A DNA stretch of 63,531 bases, filler included, from Reticulomyxa filosa (taxonomy: Eukaryota; Protista; Foraminifera): the NCBI GenBank assembly GCA_000512085.1. It is 20 parts of 20 records of this genome, joined end to end, with 100 filler letters (N's around TTAATTAATTAA, not from the genome) between each part and the next. Parts side by side here need not be neighbours in the genome. Positions count along the whole stretch, not along the records: positions 1 to 1,556 come from ASPP01014029.1; positions 1,657 to 2,872 come from ASPP01039729.1; positions 2,973 to 4,145 come from ASPP01015807.1; positions 4,246 to 5,494 come from ASPP01041586.1; positions 5,595 to 7,157 come from ASPP01030235.1; positions 7,258 to 11,705 come from ASPP01023931.1; 14 more parts are not named here. One strand, given 5' to 3'. The translations under genes were made by a program, and so were the position numbers. Below, piece by piece: positions 1-9,590 of this stretch (position 1 is its first letter; every line of letters begins with the position of its first letter). The notes below the pieces were generated by a model, which worked only from the letters and a program-made list of their open reading frames with translations, made no database searches and had not been told where the DNA came from.

Positions 1-19
1 AAAAAAAAAAAAAAAAAGA

Positions 20-1481
20 ATGAGTTTTGCAAACAATAGCTGTGTCAATCCTTCCAACCGTGTACGTGTGGCTCCGGTCTAAATTTCAAAGACTGTTGTA
101 GTGAGACGAGAGTTGTTTCTGATCCTGTCATTGCTGCAAGTCTAAAGGTTTGCAATTTGATTAAAAAATGTCATTTCGCAAAACAAGTAAAGAGTTGAAT
201 TGGAGTTTGTTGTTGTTGTTGTTGTTATTGGAAGTGCCATAGCAAGAATTATCCATGCAAAAGTTGTCCTGCGTGCATGATACTTCCGTGTATGGTGCTA
301 TTGAGAAACGTATGTAACCATCTGGAGCTACTCAAAGTTAAGAGCAACGATAGTTTGGAAAAGAGACAAAAAGATGCAAAGATTGCTAGGCTAGCCTTTG
401 GCGAGCATTTGAAAGAACTAGGCGGATTGTATGAACAAACGAGTTCCCAAGGCTTGTGTGAGTTATGTTTTTGTTTTGCTCTTGGAGTCAGTTTAAAAAA
501 AAAAAAAGAGCCAGTAAACAATACTCCTTCTCCACTCTAAATTTTTGTTGTTGTTATGTCAACTTTTATAAACATTTAGTTATCGTAATTGCGGCAAATT
601 ACGAGCTTTAAGCATACTGCTGCGAGAATGGAGAATCACAAAGCACGAGACCAAAGTGCTAATCTTTAGCAATCGCACTAGATTGCTGGATATTTTGGGG
701 CATTTTTTGAAGTCGCTTAAATACTCGTTTGAGCGATTGGACGGTAAGTCATCCCGACAGCAGAGACTCCAGGCCGTAACAAGGTTTAGAGAAAACAAAA
801 ATATATACGTAATGCTAATGTCTACGAAATGTGGAGGAGTTGGCCTCAACTTAAATATGGCCAATAAGGTGGTCATATTTGATCCTTCATGGAATCCTTG
901 TGACGATCTACAAGCCCAAGTTACAATCTATATTTTACCACTCTGATATGTATTATTACGTATAATTTTTTAAATATTTTTTTGCATAATGACACCCTCA
1001 ACAGAATCGGAGTTATCGTATTGGCCAATTGAATGACGTCATGGTGTACCGATTTTTTTCAAGTGGGACATTGGAAGAGAATATCTACATGCGACAGCTG
1101 TACAAACAACAAATTGCCAAGATCTCCTCAAATGAAGACAACTGTTCCGGCTCTTACAAGATGGTGAAGAAGCAAAATTCGGCCATTGGAAAGAGCTATT
1201 TTTTGGAAAGTGAGATCCGAGGAATCAAAGCTGTGTTAGATTTTAAACCCAAATTAAATCAATCTATGATTAAAAACATTGTCGAAAGATGTAACGAATA
1301 CTATAGCGTCGAAGAAATCGAACTCCCTCCAAGTTTCAATATGGAGGGCGTTGCTGATTCCTTCTCCGGAGAAAATGCAGAGCCCTCTGAGGAGCAAAAA
1401 GCATCGCACGATCCGATCATGAAAGAATTAATGCAATATGGAGGAGTGATTGACGCTCACATCAACGATCACTTGTTGTAA
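20..1481 (+). CDS. ERCC6L2: SNF2-family helicase, ERCC6L2/RAD26L-like, C-terminal half (multi-exon, partial)
   Basis: Cys-rich insert PCTCGSGLNFKDCC and CKSCPACMILPCMVLLRNVCNHLELL. HelicC motifs KVLIFS, RLDG and GGVGLNLNMANKVVIFDPSWNPCDDLQAQ. A GT-AG intron at 920-1004 joins in frame to NRSYRIGQ...GTLEENIYMRQLYKQQ. Confidence 0.85.
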
Positions 1482-1556
1482 TTCATGGATTGTCACAAGT
1501 CCCAAAAAAAACATATACATATTTTTTTGTGGTTTAATCGTTGTTTTTTTTTTTTT

Positions 1557-1656
1557 NNNNNNNNNNNNNNNNNNNNNNNNNNNNNNNNNNNNNNNNNNNN
1601 TTAATTAATTAANNNNNNNNNNNNNNNNNNNNNNNNNNNNNNNNNNNNNNNNNNNN
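1557..1656. other. Artificial contig spacer N44-TTAATTAATTAA-N44 (first of 19)
   Basis: The identical 100-nt spacer with stops in all six frames recurs at 2873, 4146, 5495, 7158, 11706, 12927, 27057, 32715, 36385, 40040, 45717, 47445, 50092, 52777, 53926, 57253, 60750 and 62354. Confidence 0.99.
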
Positions 1657-4247
1657 AAAGGGATTTCAAGATTATTTGAACTTTGACACCAAACGGTAGG
1701 GTCTTGCCCTGTACTACAATAAAGAAAAGAAGTCAAAACATTAGATTTAATCTCTTTGTCAACAATGAGTTTTGTTAAACTGATGAACAAAATGTAATAA
1801 TTGAAAGTTGTCTTATTTTGAATGTCAACTTAGTATGAATCAACCATTTTAACAAAATTATTTTCAAATATTTTTTTTGTTGGATACAAGGCTTTTACCT
1901 TAGCAACAGTTGCCAAACTTTGTGCAAAAGTTATTGCTCTTTTATTGAAAAGAAAAACGTTTAACTCGTAAAATGTCATGTAATTATTGAGTGTTTATGT
2001 TTTCATTCTTCTAAGACTAACATATTGACTTAGTATCGCTTTACACTGAGATCATGTCTTCCATTGACTACAGGTGTCACGACATGTAAGTGATAATACA
2101 GAAACTCGATGAAAACATATACTCCAAAAAAATCTTCTTCGTTTTCGGTTTACGTTAGACTTTGACTATCTGACTAGTAGAACATATAATTGATTTTGAT
2201 CGAGCGTTCTTATTGTGAGCTGCTTTTTTTTTACTGCTTTTCATATCTTTGCTTCGTTTGCTTTAGCGCTCTTTGTAAACATGTTTGCTCTTTTCGCTAA
2301 GCTTGTGCGTGCCGTTGTTCCGAATTTCTTCCAAAACACAGTTATTTATTGCTCTGCTTTTGGCACCCTTTCACATATGTACACACCGGGACATCCCACA
2401 AGCGTAGTTTCACTCGATCATCTCGAATTTTGTGCTTTTCATCAATCATTGAGAGTGTATAATAAACAAAATTATGTTTAACTTTTTTAAAAGCATGTAT
2501 TGACAGTACCACATCAAAGAAAAACAAAGACATGTTAACTAATGCTAAAACATAATTTGTTTGATTACCGTTTGGTAAAAATTAAAAATAAAACAAAATT
2601 AACAAAAAGTTATTCTTTATCAAAGGTAGAACCCTTAAAAAAAAGTTTTCGAACTCGAACTTAAAAAAGTAAAAGCGTAACAGTAAAAATTTGAAACAAA
2701 TACAGACGTGCACTTTTGTGATTTTCAACTATCAATAAGTGAACAAATAGTTTTTTTCCTCTTTGCTGTATGTAAATAAAAATACATGAATAAAAAGAAT
2801 TTTATAATAACATACGTTATTATAATCCTGTGCGCGGCACTGTTATAATTTTTGTTTGGAAATGATAAAAAANNNNNNNNNNNNNNNNNNNNNNNNNNNN
2901 NNNNNNNNNNNNNNNNTTAATTAATTAANNNNNNNNNNNNNNNNNNNNNNNNNNNNNNNNNNNNNNNNNNNNAAAAAAAAAAACAAAAAAAACGAGTGAC
3001 GTATACTCTTGAACGAGACCATTAATTAAATGGTAGTACACATATGATTATATACAAAATGGGACATATCGATGACAAAATGACACCCCATCAAACGGCG
3101 CGATTGTATCTCTTTTTTGTGGTAAATGCGATAACAAGACACCTGCGTTGTGCATTGTCTAGAACAAAAAGATTATCCTTGTATAAGATATTAGAAATTA
3201 TTTTTGATCCTCTTTGGTGACGCGTGTTAACTTTGAAAAAAAAAATTACTAACAGATCAAAATTTTTACATTTTTTAACAAATTGTGAATGCCAGTGAGA
3301 GAATTTTGGCAATGATGTAAGATTGATATCAGACAATGTTGAACGGGATAATAACAGCTCCAGGGAAACGAAACAAAAAATTCAAAGCCATTTTCTGCAA
3401 ACATAAACAAGTAATTTGTATTAATCTTTTAAAAAATAAATTATATTTCGATGTTATTCTTTTTTAAACATTCTCTACCTCTTGTAGGAAGAAAAAAGCG
3501 ACTGAAGTGTTATCAAAAGAATTTTATTCTGGCAGTAACCAAAGCGCAAAAAACAAGAAAATAAATTAAAAATTTTATTTTGATTTTTATCCAATATATC
3601 AAAATTTAAAACTAAAAAGATTAAAACAAGGTTTTTTAGGTCACTCTGAAACCCCCTTTTTAAAGAGGTTCAAAATTTGTGGAGTTAGGTGTTGTTTCTC
3701 CAAACTCAGATTTATTTCAATGGTCGAAAATAATTTCATTTTTGTGCCACTTTCTAAAGAACAAGGTTAAACAAAAAAATCAATATTATATTATCTTAGT
3801 AAGTTGACTTTTTTAACGGGTTTTGGTGGAAAAAAGAAATCAGAGACGGTAATGAAAGAGACAGCACGGGAAGCTCTTTAACAAGTTCTGATATTAAGGA
3901 AAACTCAAATGTTTCAAGTGAAAAAACCAGCGATAGACTTGACGTTTCGAAACAATTTTGTTATATTTTGGGAAAAAAAACTGCATCTATTTGTGTGTGT
4001 GCCGTTTTCCCTTTGTCATTCCAAATAGAACCGTGGATTAATGAATGTAATAGCTTTTTCCTTAACAATGCTATATTTCCAAGAGAGCAGTAATCACACA
4101 CAAAAACACATAATTGCATGATAAAAAAGCATCAAAAATCATTTANNNNNNNNNNNNNNNNNNNNNNNNNNNNNNNNNNNNNNNNNNNNTTAATTAATTA
4201 ANNNNNNNNNNNNNNNNNNNNNNNNNNNNNNNNNNNNNNNNNNNNCT

Positions 4248-4520
4248 TTGAAAAGAGGCAAATATGGTCACAGTATTTCCTTTGAACAGTTGCTCAATTT
4301 GAATTCACAAACTTATCAGCTATGTGGAATATGTTGTCATTATCTAAATAGTTCAAATAATTGTCACAATGTTGCTCATGTTCGTCGATTTTATGATAAC
4401 AAATGGTATGAAATTGATGACGATAATATTTTCTTCGAGGATATATCTCTACCACAAAAAACTTTTTCCAATGCCACTGTTTTGATTTATCAAAAAATTG
4501 ATACACGCATTTTATCATAA
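4248..4520 (+). CDS. Ubiquitin-specific protease (C19) C-terminal His-box fragment, divergent
   Basis: YQLCGICCH...CHNVAHVR...KWYEIDD...ATVLIYQK matches the USP His-box pattern (YxL..v..H.G....GHY.a......W..fdD....ayllfY.r). The 5' part lies beyond the contig edge. Confidence 0.65.
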   Translation: MKRGKYGHSISFEQLLNLNSQTYQLCGICCHYLNSSNNCHNVAHVRRFYDNKWYEIDDDNIFFEDISLPQKTFSNATVLIYQKIDTRILS

Positions 4521-5596
4521 GCTTCTTGCCAAATTGTTCTTCAATTGAGTGGGAGTATAAGTGGTTTTTTAAATAAAATTCCATTATAAAAAATAAATGT
4601 TGATGATACGTACAAATTGCAAAAAAAAGAAGGTGAGCAGTCACAAACACTGTAAATAAATTTTCAAAGGCAATAAATATGATATATTTTCTTTGTAGTC
4701 ACAACAAAGTCTGAAAGTTGATTGGCAAATCTGTTTAAAACTCAATCCAAATCCTTCCAATTTTTGTATTTTACACCGGACAAATGATTTGCTAATTTGA
4801 GCAAAATAGAATTTGATATTCCTTTTAACAATTCATTTTTAAAAAATACAACAAGTAGACGTAGGGTTAAAAAAGGGAAAGTGGAAGAAAAACCAAAGTT
4901 TTTTTAAATTAAGTATTTCACTAGAAAAAGGCAAAAGAGCTAACGACATGAATATCATTACCAACGAAAAGGAAATAGCTGCACAGTCGTAATATTTTAG
5001 CTTATTTTTTGTCTTTGTTTGTGTCACTCAAACAAGTAGTTTTACGTTTGATAAACTAATAAGAAAAAGTCAAAATAATTCAAATTAGATTTTAACTTTG
5101 GTTATCAAATTTGGATGTGTCAATGATTTTGTCAGAATTGTTATCAAACATGTTAATACTTTTATTTTTTCTTTAAATGAAAAATTAGAAAGATTTATTA
5201 ATAATTAACATTTCAATATACATTTAGTACAAAAGTCTGACACACTAAAATGGCACTTTATGAAAATGATCGATTCTTTAAGTCAAAAAACAACATTTTT
5301 CAAAATTTTTTGTTTTAAAAAATATCTACAAACCTTCAAATGTTTCAGATGCATTTCATTTTTTTCTATAATTTTTTGCCAATTACAAACATTTTTATCA
5401 TTTTTTACAACATTGATTTTTTCTTTTTTCTTTTTTGTAATTTTTTTTGTGTTTTACAGTAGGTTGCAAAGAAAACTGAACGCCTAAAACGATANNNNNN
5501 NNNNNNNNNNNNNNNNNNNNNNNNNNNNNNNNNNNNNNTTAATTAATTAANNNNNNNNNNNNNNNNNNNNNNNNNNNNNNNNNNNNNNNNNNNNCG

Positions 5597-6007
5597 CCGT
5601 TTCTGCCGGGGCAGCGTCCCAGTTGGCGTCGGAGCGAACTGGACGAGAAGGCCGATCGAGACCCGGACTTTGCTTCGCAAGTCGCTTTCAAGGATGGCAG
5701 AGAGGTAAGCTTGAGGACGCCTGGTTCGGTTCGTCCCGATGGGGTATCGGCGGATAAGCGCACTGCGTCGTTTGAGGTGAAGAATTACAATATCAATACC
5801 AACAAGCACGGATTGGTGTACGACGTCATTCAACAGGTATTGGAGCGGGCGCAGCACTTGCCATCGGGCATGCAGCAGCACATCAGAATCGACATTCGAG
5901 GTCAGCATACATCCCAGGAACAATTGGAAAAAGTAGCCAGGCGAATTGTCGAGCGGTCGAATGGCCATCTCAGGCGCGAACATATCCAATTTAGAGAGAA
6001 GGATTAG
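5597..6007 (+). CDS. Polymorphic toxin C-terminal domain, restriction-endonuclease (PD-(D/E)XK) fold, 5'-truncated
   Basis: The frame is open from the contig edge: RPSWRRSE...FKDGREV...GSVRPD...SFEVKNY...QQ...R..HLPSGMQQHIRIDIRGQ...IVERSNG. It has an E...PD...EVK catalytic arrangement like CdiA/MafB/LXG nuclease tips (Tox-REase-10-like, from recall). A small ORF starts 3 nt after the stop. Confidence 0.8.
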   Translation, partial: PFLPGQRPSWRRSELDEKADRDPDFASQVAFKDGREVSLRTPGSVRPDGVSADKRTASFEVKNYNINTNKHGLVYDVIQQVLERAQHLPSGMQQHIRIDIRGQHTSQEQLEKVARRIVERSNGHLRREHIQFREKD

Positions 6008-6010
6008 GCG

Positions 6011-6501
6011 ATGAGTGATGTTGGGATCTCCGGAGGCATGATCCTTCAGCATATGGGTGCACCAGCTGAAGTCGCTGCATTCTTCGCTTTGATCGAACGT
6101 CATAAATCCGAGTCGATCAGTGGTACACTCGATCTCGTCACGGACCGTCTTTACAGACGCACTGTGCCCGGCGAGCAGTATGATGCACTTGTCGATCAAT
6201 TGGCGGAGTGTCGGCGGATTCTCCAGAAGATTCGAATAACTGATGGCTTCTGGGACGAGTTCAAGCTGGGTGGTCCGACTGAGGTCATTGATCGGTCGGC
6301 GAAGACCGCAGCTGATGCGTTTCAAAAGATTTTCAAGTCGCTCGACAAGGCGATCGACTATGCTCGCGCCGACAAAAAAATCTTGGCTACTTCCGCCCTT
6401 TGCGTCTCATGGCATGGGAAGGACCCAAGTCTTATGAACATCAGTTTATGCCGCTGGAGGACTTTGAAAGGCTCGACATCAAGCCGATCTGGCTGGACTG
6501 A
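6011..6501 (+). CDS. Cognate immunity protein (Imm70-like), with a 1-nt frameshift at the A7 run 6374-6380
   Basis: ATG 3 nt after the toxin stop, with AAGGA upstream. N-terminus MSDVGISGG...FF..I...LVTDRLYRR resembles Imm70-type immunity proteins. Adding one A gives a C-terminus LGYFRPLRL...PLEDFERLDIKPIWLD* ending at TGA 6499-6501. Confidence 0.7.
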
Positions 6502-6540
6502 TTTGGCTCCGTACTACTGACTTTGATGACGCTCTGATAA

Positions 6541-6700
6541 CTGTCGGGACCTCTTCAAAGCGGTTCCCGCACCGAGATGGCGTTGTGCCTGGGAGCGATC
6601 TACCACGACAGAGGCGTCACGTGGCCGCCGGAGGAAACCATCCTCAGGCCTACGACACGATGACCGGCGTCGAGAAGCCGGCTCTCGCGAAGATTTGGCG
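6541..6700 (+). pseudogene. Relic 3' end of an immunity-like gene
   Basis: Reads GSRTEMALCLGAIYHDRGVTWPPEETIL and then, after a frameshift, AYDTMTGVEKPAL. It has no start of its own and resembles, from recall, C-termini of the family of the downstream ORF. Confidence 0.4.
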
Positions 6701-6800
6701 TGTGGAAGAGTTTAGATCGTTACAGTTGGCACTGGCAGTGCGCGCAACGGTGTGATTGAACGAATCGTCGGCGGCGCGCGCGCTGTCGTCCACCCGAAGC

Positions 6801-6805
6801 GGAGG
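6801..6805 (+). promoter_or_regulatory. Shine-Dalgarno GGAGG
   Basis: GGAGG lies immediately upstream of ATGATG at 6808-6813, 5 nt from the second ATG. Confidence 0.75.
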
Positions 6806-6807
6806 CC

Positions 6808-7157
6808 ATGATGCCCGAAGTTTTCGAGCCTGAAAAACGTCGCCAGCTCTTTCTCGATTTCGATTTGGCATTGTTGACGAAGTTCGAACCGGAGACAACT
6901 GGCCCGTTCAATCGCTCGCATTATATGGCCAGCAGACTGCGGCGGTTCGCCCATGCTCATCTCCTGGGACTGCGAGATCGGGTGTTGCCGGCGATGCGGG
7001 CGCTAAAGGACTGGATGGCCAATCAGCCGCGGCTAGCCGAGGGTAAGGATACCAGCGAATGCTTCCGTGCTTACCAATGGTGGGAGACATTGGGGTTGTG
7101 CAAGTGGCTGATCGACGGCGATCCGGCGGTGACCGAGTTTGACCGCGCGAGCGAAGC
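6808..7157 (+). CDS. Bacterial hypothetical protein, probable orphan immunity protein (3'-truncated)
   Basis: Strong RBS, helical-looking sequence (FEPEKRRQ...WWETLGLCKWL.DGDPA), and position downstream of a toxin-immunity pair. Confidence 0.55.
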
Positions 7158-7314
7158 NNNNNNNNNNNNNNNNNNNNNNNNNNNNNNNNNNNNNNNNNNN
7201 NTTAATTAATTAANNNNNNNNNNNNNNNNNNNNNNNNNNNNNNNNNNNNNNNNNNNNTTTTTTTTTTTTTTTTTAAAATTAAAAAAAAAAAAAAAAAAAA
7301 AGGGAACAAAAAAA

Positions 7315-8137
7315 GGAGATGAACCGAGAAGGGCAGTGTTGTTCACTTGGGTTGTCGCTCAATTGCTATGCCTAATTGGACGGGTCAACACCATCGCCCC
7401 TCTGGCAACGGCGTTTTTTTGTGTGTCTTATGCGACGGTCAACTTGTCTTGCTTCTTCTTGCAAGTGTCCGGTGCTCCTAATTTCCGTCCCGAGTTCAAA
7501 TACTCGTCCTGGCATCTGTCGTTGTTCGGCTTTGTTTTGAACATTATCGTCATGTTTTTCGTGGATTATATCTTTGGTATCATATCATAATTTTTTTTTT
7601 TTAATCAAAAAGGGGGCGCATATACATATATGTATACACATGTAATAATCGGAAAGTGATTGGGGAAAAAAAAAAAAAAGCTCTTGGCGCAGTGGCATGC
7701 ATGATCGTGGTGTTTGTGTATTTGATGTATCGTTCACCGCCCTATGTTTGGGGAGACGTAACGCAGTCGGTGATCTTTCACCAAGTGCGAAAGTACTTGT
7801 TGCGATTGGACGAGCGCAAAATGCACAGTAAGCTGTGGCGCCCCAGTGTGTTGCTGTTGGTAGACAACAATGACTTTGCGCTGATCGACTTTTGCAACAA
7901 TTTGAAAAAGGGGGGTCTCTACGTGGTCGGCACGGTGTTGACCGGGGAGTTTGCCAAATATGCGGATATGACCACGTACATTCGTCGCCAGTGGCTCGAA
8001 TTCATTGAAAAGAACAACATCAAAGCATTTCCGCAAATTAGCATCGCCCCAACTGCTCGTGTCGGATATGAGAATATTTTGTTGTTGTGCGGCCTCGGAG
8101 CAATGCAACCGAATACTGTTGTGCTGCCACTCATTCG

Positions 8138-8168
<31 letters not shown>

Positions 8169-9383
8169 TCGTCGTCGTCGCCGCCGTCTAAAAATAAATC
8201 GCCAGAACCCAGTCCCGTTTTTGAAACGTATCAGGAAGGATTGGACGCAAACCACTTGAACACTCCGACAAATAAGCCTAAAAAACACAAGAAAAAACTA
8301 TCTGTGTTTCGAGACTTGCCCGTGGAAATCCAGGGATTGGTCGTCGACTCGCCTGCTGAAATGTCGCCCTTTGACTACTTACTGCTCTTGAAAAATATCT
8401 TGCGCTTTGAAAAAAACATTGTCGTCACGGAAAACTTTCAGAAATTGGACTTTGAATTGGTCATCAGTCGACCCATTCAAGAACATGTCGAACACGAACA
8501 GCACTCCAAAAAACAAGGACAAAGCCACGACGCTGATGGCACCGAACAACCCGAACACAGTGAGTCGAAGGAAGACGTACTTGTCGTCAAGACACCAAAA
8601 CAGAAGAAGGAGCACAGTGAGGAAGAGGAGGAGGAAGAGGAGGAGGACGAAGAACCCGCGGAGTTGTCCTTGCAAGGGATCGAAAGCAAGGAAGAGGCGG
8701 AACACCACAGTGGCAGCAACAGTAAATTGAATGTGCCGGATCGATGGCAACGATACTGGACGAATCTGCGCAGAACTAATGCCACGCAAGGCAGCAGCAA
8801 ATGGGTCGATGTTTGGATATGGGCCGATAGCTATAGCTTTGATTTTAAAGACAGAGATAAAAAGGATAAGGCATTTCCAATGCTTATGATGCAACTGGCA
8901 CATGTCATTTTGTTAAACAAAGTTTGGGATAAAAAAGCCAGTTTGCGGGTGTTTTTGGTTGTCAATGAACACTGGCAGCCCAATGATGACGCCAAATTTC
9001 ATGAACTGATTCGGGAGCTTCGAATTAAAGTGGAACAGGTGGTCCCTGTCAAAGCGACAAGTGTTCAAAAACCAAAGTGGGATGATGTGTTGGAAGAATT
9101 GAAAACTTGCGAAGATCCACAAAAAATTGCCGAAATGAAGAGCGTTCAACAAATGCAAAACTATTTCAAATCAATCAATGAAACCATGTTTACCTTGTCT
9201 GGGCAAACATATTTAACCTTCTTTGCACTTCCAAAAATGCCCCCTCTATCACAAAATGATGCCGTTGATGCGGCATGTGCAAGAGTATATTTTGAATGTT
9301 TGTGCACTTTGAATAAAAACTTGCCCCCAACTGCGATGGTGGCAACTGGTGAGTCAATGCCAGTTATTTCGTTGGAAATTTAG
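7315..9383 (+). CDS. SLC12A9: Cation-chloride cotransporter, SLC12A9/Vhc1-like, C-terminal part
   Basis: Motifs NTIAPLATAFF..SYATVNLSCF, SGAPNFRPEFKY, WGDVTQSVIFHQVRKYLLRLD.RK.H.KLWRP, FCNNLKKGGLYVVG and GLGAMQPNTVVL. In-frame intron at 7577-7680. Confidence 0.9.
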
Positions 9384-9590
9384 AGGTTATTTGTCATTGC
9401 TTTTGGTTTTCAGTGTATTTAATGTAGCTAAAAACAATGCCCTCTTTTTTGTCTGTTTTGACTTTTTTTTTGGGTGAGAAAACCTGGCTCGTGAATTAGA
9501 TGCAAAGAACAAATATATTTTCATGTAAGTCCGATTTGATACAACAAAGAATTTCCATTTCTTCACAAAAACCTTTTCAAAAAAAAAAAG

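Larger units (their letters stand above)
5595..7157. other. Bacterial-derived contig (contaminant or associated bacterium)
   Basis: Abrupt switch to visibly GC-rich sequence with no long homopolymers or introns, closely packed co-directional ORFs and Shine-Dalgarno motifs. Bounded by spacers on both sides. Confidence 0.92.

Noticed and set aside
1601-1612. Regularly recurring TTAATTAATTAA palindrome as a CRISPR-like or regulatory repeat
   Set aside because: Always centred in exactly 88 Ns; it is an artificial all-frame-stop spacer.
2342-2460. Rab-like relic (KIRDDRVKLRLWD)
   Set aside because: Only one short motif, with no P-loop, DTAG or NKxD recoverable.
5543-6325. 260-aa minus-strand ORF in the bacterial contig
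   Set aside because: Antisense shadow of the toxin and immunity genes; no motifs.
5495-7257. Horizontal transfer of the toxin locus into the eukaryote genome
   Set aside because: Spacers on both sides, with no junction to host DNA and no amelioration or introns. Integration cannot be claimed.
8005-8800. Overlapping His/Arg/Ser-rich ORFs
   Set aside because: Alternative frames of trinucleotide repeats within the SLC12 gene.
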